Position numbers and translations under genes: made by a program. From Phyllobates terribilis (taxonomy: Eukaryota), in assembly GCF_046119375.1 (NCBI RefSeq), contig NW_027362772.1, positions 301,258,001 through 301,322,000 on the forward strand: 64,000 nt of DNA. Reading direction: 5' to 3'. The notes beneath the pieces are model-generated. The model ran no database searches. It saw nothing but the letters and a program-made list of their open reading frames with translations, and was not told the DNA's origin. This document shows, piece by piece, positions 1 to 14,210 of the stretch; positions within the stretch are counted from its first letter, which is position 1, and the number at the start of each line of letters is the position of its first letter.

Positions 1-2362
1 TTACTACACCCCCAATCATGTGCTGCCGAGTCTCGGTATCTGAGCCCTTCCTATTTATTACACCCCCCATCATGTGCTGCCGAGTCTCGGTATCTGAGCC
101 CTTCCTATTTATTACACCCCCCATCATGTGCTGCCAAGTCTCGGTATCTGAGCCCTTCCTATTTACTACACCTCCCATCATGTGCTGCCGAGTCTCGGTA
201 TCTGAGCCCTTCCTATTTACTACACCCCCCATCATGTGCCGCCGAGTCTCGGTGTCTGAGCCCTTCCTATTTACTACACCCCCCATCGTGTGCCGCCGAG
301 TCTCGGTATCTGAGCCCTTCCTATTTACTACACCCCCCCATCATGTGCCGCCGAGTCTCGGTATCTGAGCCCTTCCTATTTACTACACCCCCCATCATGT
401 GCCGCCGAGTCTCGGTATCTGAGCCCTTCCTATTTACTACACCCTCCATCATGTGCCGCCGAGTCTCGGTATCTGAGCCCTTCCTATTTACTACACTCTC
501 CATCATGTGCCGCCGAGTCTCGAGTCTCGGTATCTGAGCCCTTCCTATTTACTACACCCCCCATCATGAGCCGCCGAATCTCGGTATCTGAGCCCTTCCT
601 ATTTACTACACCCCCTATCATGTGCCGCCGAGTCTCGGTATCTGAGCCCTTCCTATTTACTACACCCTCCCATCATGTGCCGCCGAGTCTCGGTATCTGA
701 GCCCTTCCTATTTACTACACCCCCCATCATGTGCCGCCGAGTCTCGGTATCTGAGCCCTTCCTATTTACTACACCCTCCATCATGTGCCGCCGAGTCTCG
801 GTATCTGAGCCCTTCCTATTTACTACACTCCCCATCATGTGCCGCCGAGTCTCGAGTCTCGGTATCTGAGCCCTTCCTATTTACTACACCCCCCATCATG
901 AGCCGCCAAATCTCGGTATCTGAGCCCTTCCTATTTACTACACCCCTATCATGTGCCGCCGAGTCTCGGTATCTGAGCCCTTCCTATTTACTACACCCCC
1001 CATCATGTGCCGCCGAGTCTCGGTATCTGAGCCCTTCCTATTTACTACACCCCCCATCATGTGCCGCCGAGTCTCGAGTCTCGGTATCTGAGCCCTTCCT
1101 ATTTACTACACCCCCCATCATGTGCCGCCGAGTCTCAGTATCTGAGCCCTTCCTATTTACTACACCCCCCATCATGTGCCGCCGAGTCTCGGTATCTGAG
1201 CCCTTCCTATTTACTACACCCCCCATCATGTGCCGCTGACTCTCGGTATCTGAGCCCTTCCTATTTACTACACCCCCCAATCATGTGCTGCCGAGTCTCG
1301 GTATCTGAGCCTTTCCTATCTACTACACCCCCCATCATGTGCCACCGAGTCTCGGTATCTGAGCCCTTCCTATTTATTACACCCCCCATCATGTGCCGCC
1401 GAGTCTCGGTATCTGAGCCCTTCCTATTTATTGCACCCCCCATCATGTGCCGCCGAGTCTCGGTATCTGAGCCCTTCCTATTTACTACACCCCCCATCAT
1501 GTGCCGCCGAGTCTCGGTATCTGAGCCCTTCCTATTTACTACACCCCCCATCATGTGCCGCCGAGTCTCGGTATCTGAGCCCTTCCTATTTACTACACCC
1601 CCCATCATGTGCCACCGAGTCTCGGTATCTGAGCCCTTCCTATTTACTACACCCCCCATCATGTGCCGCCGAGTCTCGGTATCTGAGCCCTTCCTATTTA
1701 CTACACCCCCCATCATGTGCCGCCGAGTCTCGGTATCTGAGCCCTTCCTATTTACTCCACCCCCTATCATGTGCTGCCGAGTCTCGGTATCTGAGCCTTT
1801 CCTATCTACTACACCCCCCATCATGTGCCGCCGAGTCTCGGTATCTGAGCCCTTCCTATTTATTACACCCCCCATCATGTGCCGCCGAGTCTCGGTATCT
1901 GAGCCCTTCCTATTTACTACACCCCCCATCATGTGCCGCCGAGTCTCGGTATCTGAGCCCTTCCTATTTACTACACCCCCCATCATGTGCCGCCGAGTCT
2001 CGGTATCTGAGCCCTTCCTATTTACTACACCCCCCATCATGTGCCGCCGAGTCTCGGTATCTGAGCCCTTCCTATTTACTACACCCCCCATCATGTGCCG
2101 CCGAGTCTCGGTATCTGAGCCCTTCCTATTTACTACACCCCCCATCATGTGCCGCCGAGTCTCGATATCTGAGCCCTTCCTATTTACTACATCCCCCATC
2201 ATGTGCCGCCGAGTCTCGATATCTGAGTCCTTCCTATTTACTACACCCCCCATCATGTGCCGCCGAGTCTCGGTATCTGAGCCCTTCCTATTTACTACAC
2301 CCCTACACCCCCCGTCATGTGCCGCCGAGTCTCGATATCTGAGCTCTTCCTATTTACTACAC
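1..2362. repeat. 54-bp minisatellite (TACTACACCCCCCATCATGTGCCGCCGAGTCTCGGTATCTGAGCCCTTCCTATT), ~44 copies, in the last fbxo2 intron; runs off the left edge
   Basis: Unit recurs every 54 nt (CATCAT at 1441 and 1495); ORF track shows an 18-aa period (MCRRVSVSEPFLFTTPPI). Confidence 0.97.
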
Positions 2363-2743
2363 TTGCACTTTGGTTGGAATAAAGCGGTGTATGATTTCTA
2401 CAGGACTGTGCGATAATGACATTCTTCCACTAGGTGTCGCTGTTGTACACTTTTCTAGCTTTATCGGGTGCAGTTTTCTGGGCTCTCTGTATCTAAGCCA
2501 GTTGTGTGATACCTCCCCCGACATTATCGCCGGTTCAGACGTCAGTATGATAAAAATGTACCTCTTATAGACATGACTCCATGATTTTCCGTGGACCTCT
2601 GGGTTTGTGGAAAATCACAGATGTATGAATGGCCTCATAGACTATCACAGGTACGAGTGCGATCCGTGAAAACCACAGGTGCCGCTCGTACGCGAAAATC
2701 TGATCTCTGACTGAGGCCTAAGCGGAGGCCGTGTCCCCCTCAC

Positions 2744-5689
2744 CTGGTTCCAGGCGCCGTCCGTGTTCTCGGGGATGGTGATGATCTCGCTGCTGTATTC
2801 ACTGATGACATCACGGCTGTCGGACAAGAGCTGCGCTCTCAGCTCGTAGCAGCATCCGCAGTCAGTGCGCGCGCCATACCTGCAAGCAGAGGCACTCAGC
2901 TTTCCCAGGCTCCTGAATGGCCCATCTGTCTAGCCCAGCCATGCACCCCTCCGCCATACTGACTGCCACCCAGCTTTCCTGGACACCAGTCCTCTCACCA
3001 GTCGCTGACCACGATGTTGGGTTGGGCGTCCAACGCTTCCTCGGTGAATCCTTCCTGAAGGAGATCGATCACTTGGGATTTTTTGCACAATCTGAGAAAA
3101 GAAGATCTCCATCAAATGGATTGTACAGGGGAAAAATATCTGCTTGTTCTAAAAACAGCGCCCCACATGTCCACAGGTTGTATCTGGTATTGCAGATTAG
3201 CAGCATTTAACTGAATGTGACAGAGATGCAATACCAGACACAACCTATGGATGAGTGTGGCGCTGTTCCTGTACAGTCCATTGAATTCTTGGCTAAGACA
3301 GGGGTCAGTCACTTACTCAAAGGATGTAACAAAGTACTTGGAGACCCCGTCAGACGGAAACGGAGCTCCACAGTCTCCCGGGAGATCCTCCACTTTCCAC
3401 TCGTCTCCTCCATTCTCCACTATTTCCCAATGCTCCAGCTCCTCTGTACACAGAGAAAACACAATGTGCATTGTATGACGAAACGTGAGGCCTGGAGTGA
3501 TGGCAGCCTGTATGACAGTCACATGGTCACTGATTGGCTGCAGCGGTCAGGTGGCTAGAATATATATAATGAAATGTAAGGGTCTGGAGTGATGGCAGCC
3601 TGTATGACAGTCACATGGTCACTGATTGGCTGCAGCGGTCAGGTGGCTAGAATATATATATATATAATGAAATGTAACGGTCTGGAGTGATGGCAGCCTG
3701 TATGACAGTCAAATGGTCACTGATTGGCTGCAGCGGTCAGTTGGCTAGAATATATATATATAATGAAATGTAAGGGTCTGGAGTGATGGCAGCCTGTATG
3801 ACAGTCACATGGTCATTGATTGGCTGCAGCGGTCAGGTGACTAGAATATATATATATAATGAAATGTAAGGGTCTGGAGTGATGGCAGCCTGTATGACAG
3901 TCACATGGTCACTGATTGGCTGCAGCGGTCAGGTGGCTAGAATATATATATATAAAGAAATGTAAGGGTCTGGAGTGATGGCAACCTGTATGACAGTCAC
4001 ATGGTCATTGATTGGCTGCAGCGGTCAGGTGACTAGAATATATATATATAATGAAATGTAAGGGTCTGGAGTGATGGCAGCCTGTATGACAGTCACATGG
4101 TCACTGATTGGCTGCAGCGGTCAGGTGGCTAGAATATATTTATATAATGAAATGTAAGGGTCTGGAGTGAAGGCAGCCTGTATGACAGTCACATGGTCAT
4201 TGATTGGCTGCAGTGGTCAGTTGGCTAGAATATATATATATAATGAAATGTAAGGGTCTGGAGTGATGGCAGCCTGTATGACAGTCACATGGTCACTGAT
4301 TGGCTGCAGCGGTCAGGTGGCTAGAATATATATATAGTAAAATATAAGGGTCTGGAGTGATGGCAGCCTGTATGACAGTCACATGGTCACTGATTGGCTG
4401 CAGCGGTCAGGTGGCTAGAATATATATATGATGAAATGTAAGGGTCTGGAGTGATGGCAGCCTGTATGACAGTCACATGGTCACTGATTGGCTGCAGCGG
4501 TCAGGTGGCTAGAATATATATATGATGAAATGTAAGGGTCTGGAGTGATGGCAGCCTGTATGACAGTCACATGGTCACTGATTGGCTGCAGTGGTCAGGT
4601 GGCTAGAATATATATATATATATGATGATACGTAAGGGTCTGGAGTGATGGAGGTGTCAGGTATGAATTTATTTAAGTGTTTATCTGGGAACTACATTTA
4701 GGTTCTTATTTGAAGTGTGGATTCGTTTAGGGGTTTGGTCGGGGGTCCGGGGGTCCTCTCTTATTATGAGTCTGTTCTTATGTGGGGGGATGGTACAAGC
4801 CAGCGGTCAATGCCAGCGCGGCCCGGAATGGCGGATAAAAGGGGACACAGTTCAAGGAACCTCCCAGAGCCGCTGGTTCACCTCCTGTGCCGCGTTATAT
4901 ACCGTCATGGCTGGAAGTTTGGTGACTGACACAATGTCGGTTTTCACAGTTTCTGCCTCATTGTTCTTAGACCTTTTAGTTTCTTTGGTTATTAAATTAC
5001 AATTATGATATTTAAACTTTTATTGACAAATCCATGAAGTTTCTGTAAAGTCTCAATATTCCCAGCGCTGCCCCTTATTCTCCAGACTTCTGCCCTTCGC
5101 CCCCCGGCAGCTGCGCCAGATCCTGACTGATGGCCGCCCCCGTTCTACCTTCATCAAGGGGGCTTCATCAGAGAAAGTAACCTTCCCGCCGTCCTCTGGG
5201 GTCAAGTCTCTGTACTCCGTGCAGAGTTATTTTCTCTGGTGAAGCCCCTTCAGACTGTTTTGGATATTTGGAAGAATTATTGTCCAATGTCAACAGTAAA
5301 GCGTCCGAAGACCATTCATGTGCGGGGGGCTTCTCATCCATGGAGGGGCTCACTGACAATTCTGCCTAAGAACACGGCCAGGAATAAAGAATAAGGTCTA
5401 AACTCCAAGAACAACTTCTCCCATCATCCAGGACAATGTGATGTTGATGCTTCCCCCCCCCCCCCCATGATGGAGACCACCGTGTCATAAGACAAAAATG
5501 GTCTTTTGGCCACGATTGTACACCGACAGTGTGAGGCCCCTATGACAGCTCCTCTTGTCTATGCTCCCCGGGCCTCTGTATGTGACCTGGGGGGGTGCGA
5601 GCTGGATATTTGGGCTATGATATGTCTTCAGCATTGTTAGTTTTGCACTTACCTTCTCCGCAGGGGTTTTTTAGGAGATTTTTCGCCAT
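2744..5689 (-). CDS. fbxo2: FBXO2/Fbs1-like FBA-domain lectin, 3'-partial. Coding exons 5689-5653, 3443-3317, 3091-2999, 2879-2744; last exon expected left of the window
   Basis: Manual splicing gives MAKNLLKNPCGE/EELEHWEIVENGGDEWKVEDLPGDCGAPFPSDGVSKYFVTSFE/LCKKSQVIDLLQEGFTEEALDAQPNIVVSDW/YGARTDCGCCYELRAQLLSDSRDVISEYSSEIITIPENTDGAWNQ. Introns are GT-AG with phases 1, 2, 2, 0. Exon sizes 127/93/136 match the paralog at 23267-24097 (127/96/136). Position and orientation match the FBXO2-FBXO44/6-MAD2L2 synteny. Confidence 0.9.
3491..4651. repeat. ~94-98 bp tandem repeat with a variable (TA)n core, ~12 copies, fbxo2 intron
   Basis: GGTCTGGAGTGATGGCAGCCTGTATGACAGTCACATGGTCACTGATTGGCTGCAGCGG recurs at ~3582, 3680, 3776, 3872 and onward. 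Confidence 0.95.
5158..5500. mobile_element. Degenerate, internally inverted Tc1-like transposase relic
   Basis: Minus strand ~5225-5158 reads TEYRDLTPEDGGKVTFSDEAP. Plus strand ~5285-5390 reads STVKRPKTIHVRGASHPWRGSLTILPKNTARNKE. Both resemble Tc1 catalytic-domain motifs (DW..VIFSDE; TVKHP..IHVWGCF...SLTILPKN). Confidence 0.65.
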
Positions 5690-6724
5690 TTTTCGCTATT
5701 CCCGAGTGCAGCGTTGTCTAAACGGCTTGGAAGGAAAGGGTTAACACTGTAAGCGAAGCTCGATCACTGCAGGACAGATTTCAGCAGCGTAGCAGGAAAA
5801 CTAGGCAGTCCTATGCAAACCTGCAGAGAACACGGGTGATATACCAGATGACAAACTAGAGCCGAGTTGAGCTTGTAAGTGCACTGAGATGAGTTTGTCA
5901 TGTATGTTCTGCTCGGAAGCTTTACATAGGACTGAGGCTTTATTGACCGGAAGCTTCACATAGGACTGCTGGTTGACTTACAGCCTTATCTTATCTCAAA
6001 TATGCACGAAATAAGTAAATGACAAACTCAGCTCTGCTACATCTTTGCATGCAATGATTATTAGTCAGTCGTTATTCCGGCTGCAGGATCTACTCACGGA
6101 CAGTATAGAAGATCGGAGCTGACGGACGTCCGGTGCTGCTCCTTGCGCCGTCTTCCCAGGACTTTATGGTCTACCGTCTGGAATCTGCACCGTAATGTGA
6201 CATCGGAGGCTGCCAGCCTCCTCCCTGCATCATCCTGCAGACAAAGCATCTGCATAGGCGAGGCCGGGGGACTGCGTACCCTGTCCTCATATTGATCCGA
6301 CAGATCAGAGGCCAAGAAAAATGCAGCGGTCGCCACCGCCGGCACCGGAGACCACGTCTGACCTGAAAATCCGGCTCTCTCCGAAACCAGATAGGACTAA
6401 AGAATGCCAGAAATGAATGCCGCCTCGTAACCTCCAGCCCACCCCGCACAATGGAGCCTCTGTGGGAAAACCGGGCAACCAGACCACCAATACCGCCTCC
6501 ACCGGGGGGGTCCCGAATGACCCCTGATGCTGATGCAAGCCATTTATCTCTTGACCTCTACAAAGTTTTGCCATTCCTGACTCTGGAAAAGTTGGGTCAT
6601 ATATTTGTAATGTCGGCCATGTTGACTGTCACCAGTGGTTTAATGTGAAGCCCCCCAACTGTCAAGGCTCAATAACTATCATAGTTTATTTATGATTGGT
6701 CAGCTGAGACAATACACAGGTTTG

Positions 6725-6739
6725 GCCACCAGGTGGCAG
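6725..6739 (+). promoter_or_regulatory. CTCF consensus motif
   Basis: GCCACCAGGTGGCAG matches the CTCF core CCASYAGRKGGC; motif match only. Confidence 0.45.
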
Positions 6740-7129
6740 TTAAGGAGAATGTATTGAAAAAGCCCAAAAAAATATAGTTGCAGGTTTTTTAGGATGCGGC
6801 TAAACCAGGGCTGGACTGGCAAATTCCAGATGGGCCGCTGCGGCCATGAGTTACTTCAATTGCGACACAGTTAACAGCATCAGGGTCCCCAGGAAGCCGA
6901 CACTTAGCAGCCATAGCGGAGCAAAGAGCCGTCGGCTCCCAACTTCGTCACTTACTCCGGCAGGACGCAGGCTACATCCAAGCGGTTGCATCACGCGGCC
7001 CACACAGACCACTGCAAGACCGGATAGAAGGGGAGACTGAGGCTGCGGGGATGGGCACCGGGATTACTTATAACTTATAAGAACATTTAAAAAAAACCTT
7101 TATATTATTGGGCCTGGGAGTCGGATGGT

Positions 7130-10100
7130 GGGGGACATCATACTGTATGGGGGTCTGTGGGGGACATAATACAATATATAGGGACCTCTGCAGCCATCAT
7201 ACTATATGGTTGGCTGTGGTTAACATAATGTGTGGAGGACATACTGTGTGGGGGGCTGTGGTGGACATCATACTGTATGGTGGGCTGTGGTGAACATCAT
7301 ACTGTATTGGAGGCTGTGGTGGACATCATACTGTAGGGGGGCTGTGGTGAACATACAGTATGGGGGGCTGTGGTGGACATCATACTGTATGGGAGGCTGT
7401 GTTGGACATCATACTGGATGGGAGGCTGTGGTGGGCATCATACAGTATGGGAGGCTGTGGTGGACATCATACTGTATGGGAGGCTGTGGTGGGCATCATA
7501 CTGTATGGGAGGCTGTGGTGGGCATCATACTGTATGGTGGGCTGTGGTGAACATCATACTGTATGGGAGGCTGTGGTGGACATCATACTGTATGGGGGGC
7601 TGTGGTGGACATCATACTGTATGGGGGGCTGTGGTGGACATCATACTGTATTGGAGGCTGTGGTGGACATCATACTGTATGGGAGGCTGTGGTGGACATC
7701 ATACTGTATGGGACGCTGTGGTGGGCATCATACTGTATGGGAGGCTGTGGTGGACATCATACTGTATGAGGGGCTGTGGTGGACATCATACTGTATGAGG
7801 GGCTGTGGTGGACATCATACTGTATGAGGGGCTGTGGTGGACATCATACTGTATGGGACGCTGTGGTGGGCATCATACTGCATGGTGGTTTGTGGTGGAC
7901 ATCATACTGTATGGGGGACTGTGGTGGACATCATACTGTATGGGGGGCTGTGGTGGACATCATACTGTATGGGACGCTGTGGTGGGCATCATACTGCATG
8001 GTGGGCTGTGGTGAACATCATACTGTATGGGAGGCTGTGGTGGACATACTGTATGGGGGGCTGTGGTGGACACCATACTGTATGGGGGGCTGTGGTGGAC
8101 ATCATACTGTATGGGACGCTGTGGTGGGCATCATACTGCATGGTGGAATGTGGTGAACATCATACTGTATGGGGGGCTGTGGTGGACATCATACTGTATG
8201 GGAGGCTGTGGTGGACATCATACTGTATGGGAGGATGTGGTGGACATCATACTGTATGGGAGGCTGTGGTGGACATCATACTGTATGGGGGGCTGTGGTG
8301 GACATCATACTGTATGGGGGGCTGTGGTGGACACCATACTGTATGGTGGGATGTGGTGGACACCATACTGTATGGGGGGCTGTGGTGGACATCATACTGT
8401 ATGGGAGGCTGTGGTGGACATCATACTGTATGGGGGGCTGTGGTGGACATCATACTGTATGGGGGGCTGTGGTGGACATCATACTGTATGGGGGGCTGTG
8501 GTGGACATCATACTGTATGGGACGCTGTGGTGGGCATCATACTGCATGGTAGTTTGTGGTGGACATCATACTGTATGGGGGACTGGTGGACATCATACTG
8601 TATGGGGGGCTGTGGTGGACATCATACTGTATGGGGGGCTGTGATGGACATCATACTGTATGGGGGGCTGTAGTGGACATCATACTGTATGGGGGGCTGT
8701 GATGGACATCATACTGTATAGGAGGCTGTGATGGACATTATACTGTATGGTGGGCTGTGGTGGACATCATACTGTATGGGAGGCTGTGATGGACATTATA
8801 CTGTATGGTTGGCTGTGGTGAACATCATACTGTATTGGAGGCTGTGATGAACATCATACTGTATTGGAGGCTGTGATGAACATCATAATGTATGGGGGGC
8901 TATGGTGGACATCACACTGTATGGTGGGCTGTGGTGAACATCATACTGTATGGGGGCTGTGGTGGACATCATACTGTATGGTGGGCTGTGATGGACATCA
9001 TACTGTATGGGGTGTTGTGGTGGACATCATACTGTATGGTGGGCTGTTGTGGACATCATACTGTATGGTGGGCTGTGATGGACATCATACTGTATGGGGT
9101 GTTGTGGTGGACATCATACTGTATGGGGGGCTGTGATGGACATCATACTGTATGGGGGCTGTGGTGGGCATCATACTGCATGGTGGGCTGTGGTGGACAT
9201 CATACTGTATGGGAGGCTGTGGTGGACATCATACTGTATGGTGGGCTGTGGTGAACATCATACTGTATTGGAGGCTGTGATGAACATCATACTGTATGGG
9301 GGGCTGTGGTGGACATCATACTGTATGGTGGGCTGTGGTGCACATACTGTATGGGAGGCTGTGGTGGACATCATACTGCATGGTGGGCTGTGGTGGACAT
9401 CATACTGTATGAGAGGCTGTGGTGGGCATCATACTGCATGGTGGGCTGTGGTGGGCATCATACTGTATGGTGGGCTGTGGTGGACATCATACTGTATGGT
9501 GGGCTGTGGTGGACATCATACTGTATGGGGGGCTGTGGTGGACATCATACTGTATGGGAGGCTGTGGTGGGCATCATACTGCATGGTGGGCTGTGGTGAA
9601 CATCATACTGTATGGGAGGCTGTGGTGAACATCATACTGTATTGGAGGCTGTGATGAACATCATACTGTATGGGGGGCTGTGGTGGACATCATACTGTAT
9701 GGTGGGCTGTGGTGCACATACTGTATGGGAGGCTGTGGTGGACATCATACTGCATGGTGGGCTGTGGTGGACATCATACTGTATGAGAGGCTGTGGTGGG
9801 CATCATACTGCATGGTGGGCTGTGGTGGGCATCATACTGTATGGTGGGCTGTGGTGGACATCATACTGTATGGTGGGCTGTGGTGGACATCATACTGTAT
9901 GGGGGGCTGTGGTGGACATCATACTGTATGGGAGGCTGTGGTGGGCATCATACTGCATGGTGGGCTGTGGTGAACATCATACTGTATGGGAGGCTGTGGT
10001 GGACATCATACTGTATGGAGGGCTGTGGTGGACATCATACTGTATGGGGGGCTGTGGTGGACATCATACTGTATGGGACGCTGTGGTGGGCATCATACTG

Positions 10101-13100
10101 CATGGTGGGCTGTGGTGGACATCATACTGTATGGGGGGCTGTGGTGGACATCATACTGTATGGGGGGCTGTGATGGACATCATACTGTATGGGGGGCTGT
10201 GATGGACATCATACTGTATAAGAGGCTGTGATGGACATTATACTGTATGGTGGGCTGTGGTGGACATCATACTGTATGGGAGGCTGTGATGGACATTATA
10301 CTGTATGGTGAGCTGTGGTGAACATCATACTGTATTGGAGGCTGTGATGAACATCATACTGTATGGGGGGCTGTGGTGAACATCATACTGTATTGGAGCC
10401 TGTGATAAACATCATAATGTATGGGGGGCTATCGTGGACATCACACTGTATGGTGGGCTGTGGTGAACATCATACTGTATGGGGGCTGTGGTGGACATCA
10501 TACTGTATGGGGTGTTGTGGTGGACATCATACTGTATGGTGGGCTGTTGTGGACATCATACTGTATGGTGGGCTGTGATGGACATCATACTGTATGGGGT
10601 GTTGTGGTGGACATCATACTGTATGGGGGGCTGTGATGGACATCATACTGTATGGGGGGCTGTGGTGGACATCATACTGCATGGTGGGCTGTGGTGGACA
10701 TCATACTGTATGGGAGGCTGTGGTGGACATCATACTGTATGGGAGGCTGTGGTGGACATCATACTGTATGGTGGGCTGTGGTGAACATCATACTGTATTG
10801 GAGGCTGTGATGAACATCATACTGTATGGGGGGCTGTGGTGGACATCATACTGTATGGTGGGCTGTGGTGAACATACTGTATGGGAGGCTGTGGTGGACA
10901 TCATACTGGATGGGAGGCTGTGGTGGGCATCATACTGCATGGTGGGCGGACATCATACTGTATGGGAGGCTGTGGTGGACATCATACTGTATGGAGGGCT
11001 GTGGTGAACATCATACTGTATGGGAGGCTGTGGTGGGCATCATACTGCATGGTGGGCTGTGGTGAACATCATACAGTATGGGGGGCTGTGGTGGACATCA
11101 TACTGTATGGGGGGCTGTGATGGACATCATACTGTATGGGGGCTGTAGTGGACATTATACTGTATGGTGGGCTGTGGTGAACATCATACTGTATTGGAGG
11201 CTGTGATGAATATCATACTGTATGGGGGGCTATGGTGGACATCACACTGTATGGTGGGCTGTGGTGAACATCATACTGTATGGGGGGCTGTGGTGGACAT
11301 CATACTGTATGGGGGGCTGTGGTGGACATCATACTGTATGGTGGGCTGTAGTGGACATCATACTGTATGGTGGGCTGTAGTGGACATCATACTGTATGGG
11401 AGGCTGTGGTGGACATCATACTGTATGGGAGGCTGTGGTGGACATCATACTGTATGGGAGGCTGTGGTGGACATCATACTGTATGGTTGGCAGTGGTGAA
11501 CATCATACTGTATTGGAGGCTGTGATGAACATCATACTGTATGGGGGGGCTGTGGTGGACATCATACTGTAGGGGGGCTGTGGTGAACATACTGTATTGG
11601 GGGGCTGTGATGGACATCATACTGGATGGGAGGCTGTGGTGGACATCATACTGTATGGGAGGCTGTGGTGGGCATCATACTGCATGGTGGGCTTTGGTGG
11701 ACATCACACTGTATGGGGGGCTGTGGTGGACATCATACTGTATGGGGGGCTGTGGTGGACATCATACTGTAGGGGGGCTGTGGTGAACATACTGTATGGG
11801 AGGCTGTGGTGGACATCATACTGTATGGGAGGCTGTGGTGGACATCATACTGTATGGGAGGCTGTGGTGGGCATCATACTGCATGGTGGGCTGTGGTGAA
11901 CATCATACTGTATGGGAGGCTGTGGTGGACATCATACTGTAGGGGGGCTGTGGTGGACATCATACTGTATGGGGGGCTGTGGTGGACATCATACTGTATG
12001 GGAGGCTGTGGTGGGCATCATACTGCATGGTGGGCTGTGGTGGACATCATACTGTATGGGGGGCTGTGGTGGACATCATACTGTATGGGGGGCTGTGATG
12101 GACATCATACTATATGGGGGGGCTGTAGTGGACATCATACTGTATGGGGGGCTGTGATGGACATCATACTGTATGGGAGGCTGTGATGGACATTATACTG
12201 TATGGTGGGCTGTGGTGGACATCACACTGTATGGGGGGCTGTGGTGGACATCATACTGTATGGGGGGCTGTGGTGGACATCATACTGTAGGGGGGCTGTG
12301 GTGAACATACTGTATGGGAGGCTGTGGTGGACATCATACTGTATGGGAGGCTGTGGTGGACATCATACTGTATGGGAGGCTGTGGTGGGCATCATACTGC
12401 ATGGTGGGCTGTGGTGAACATCATACTGTATGGGAGGCTGTGGTGGACATCATACTGTAGGGGGGCTGTGGTGGACATCATACTGTATGGGGGGCTGTGG
12501 TGGACATCATACTGTATGGGAGGCTGTGGTGGGCATCATACTGCATGGTGGGCTGTGGTGGACATCATACTGTATGGGGGGCTGTGGTGGACATCATACT
12601 GTATGGGGGGGCTGTGATGGACATCATACTATATGGGGGGCTGTAGTGGACATCATACTGTATGGGGGGCTGTGATGGACATCATACTGTATGGGAGGCT
12701 GTGATGGACATTATACTGTATGGTGGGCTGTGGTGGACATCACACTGTATGGGGGGCTGTGGTGGACATCATACTGTATGGGGGGCTATGGTGGACATCA
12801 TACTGTGTGGGAGGCTGTGATGGACATCCTGCTGTATGGCGGGCTGTGGTGGACATCATACTGTATGGGGGGCTGTGGTGGACATCATACTGTATGGGGG
12901 GCTGTGGTGGACATCATACTGTATGGGAGGCTGTGACGGACATCATACTGTATGGGGGGTTGTGGTGGACATACTGTATGGGGGGCTGTGGTGGACATCA
13001 TACTGTATGGGAGGCTGTGATGGACATCATACTGTATGGGAGGCTGTGGTGGACATCATACTGTATGGGAGGCTGTGGTGGGCATCATACTGCATGGTGG

Positions 13101-14210
13101 GCTGTGGTGAACATCATACTGTATGGGAGGCTGTGGTGGACATCATACTGTAGGGGGGCTGTGGTGGACATCATACTGTATGGGGGGCTGTGGTGGACAT
13201 CATACTGTATGGGAGGCTGTGGTGGGCATCATACTGCATGGTGGGCTGTGGTGGACATCATACTGTATGGGGGGCTGTGGTGGACATCATACTGTATGGG
13301 GGGGCTGTGATGGACATCATACTATATGGGGGGGCTGTAGTGGACATCATACTGTATGGGGGGCTGTGATGGACATCATACTGTATGGGAGGCTGTGATG
13401 GACATTATACTGTATGGTGGGCTGTGGTGGACATCACACTGTATGGGGGGCTGTGGTGGACATCATACTGTATGGGGGGCTATGGTGGACATCATACTGT
13501 GTGGGAGGCTGTGATGGACATCCTGCTGTATGGCGGGCTGTGGTGGACATCATACTGTATGGGGGGCTGTGGTGGACATCATACTGTATGGGGGGCTGTG
13601 GTGGACATCATACTGTATGGGAGGCTGTGGTGGACATCATACTGTATGGGGGGTTGTGGTGGACATCATACTGTATGGGGGGCTGTGGTGGACATCATAC
13701 TGTATGGGAGGCTGTGGTGGACATCATACTGTATGGGGGGCTGTGATGAACATCATACTGTGTGAGAATATTATACTGTATGGGAGGCTGTGGTGGACAT
13801 CATACTGCATGGGGGGCTGTGGTGGACATCATACTGTATGGGGGGCTGTGGTGGACATCATACTGTATGGGGGGTTGTGGTGGACATCATACTGTATGGG
13901 GGGTTGTGGTGGACATCATACTGTATGGGAGGCTGTGGTGGACATCATACTGTATGGGGGGTTGTGGTGGACATCATACTGTATGGGAGGCTGTGGTGGA
14001 CATCATACTGTATGGGAGGCTGTGATGAACATCATACTGTGTGAGAATATTATACTGTATGGGGGGCTTTGGTGACCATCATATTGTGTGTGGAGGCTAT
14101 GACTAACTATCTTACTGTGTGGGGGGCTGTGGTGACCATCATCTTGGGGATCAGCATACCGTGGGACGATCTATGGGGGCCATCATACTGTGTGGGGTAC
14201 TGAGGGGCAT
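7130..14210. repeat. 29-bp minisatellite (GGACATCATACTGTATGGGGGGCTGTGGT), ~240 copies, with higher-order block duplications
   Basis: Direct reading. Identical ORF translations at 9306/9680 (374 bp apart) and 12691/13385 (694 bp apart) show multi-unit duplications. Confidence 0.97.

Noticed and set aside
18-2416. ORFs of up to 451 aa in the 54-bp array
   Set aside because: Open on both strands only because the unit is a multiple of 3; lies in an fbxo2 intron.
6094-6574. Possible F-box exon of fbxo2
   Set aside because: All three minus frames lack an F-box motif. The GTGAGTA donor at 6097 could be a UTR exon or repeat-derived.
7130-14210. CRISPR-like or protein-coding reading of the 29-bp array (many GGCGGHHTVW ORFs)
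   Set aside because: Head-to-tail units with no unique spacers, eukaryotic context, and the ORFs shift frame constantly.
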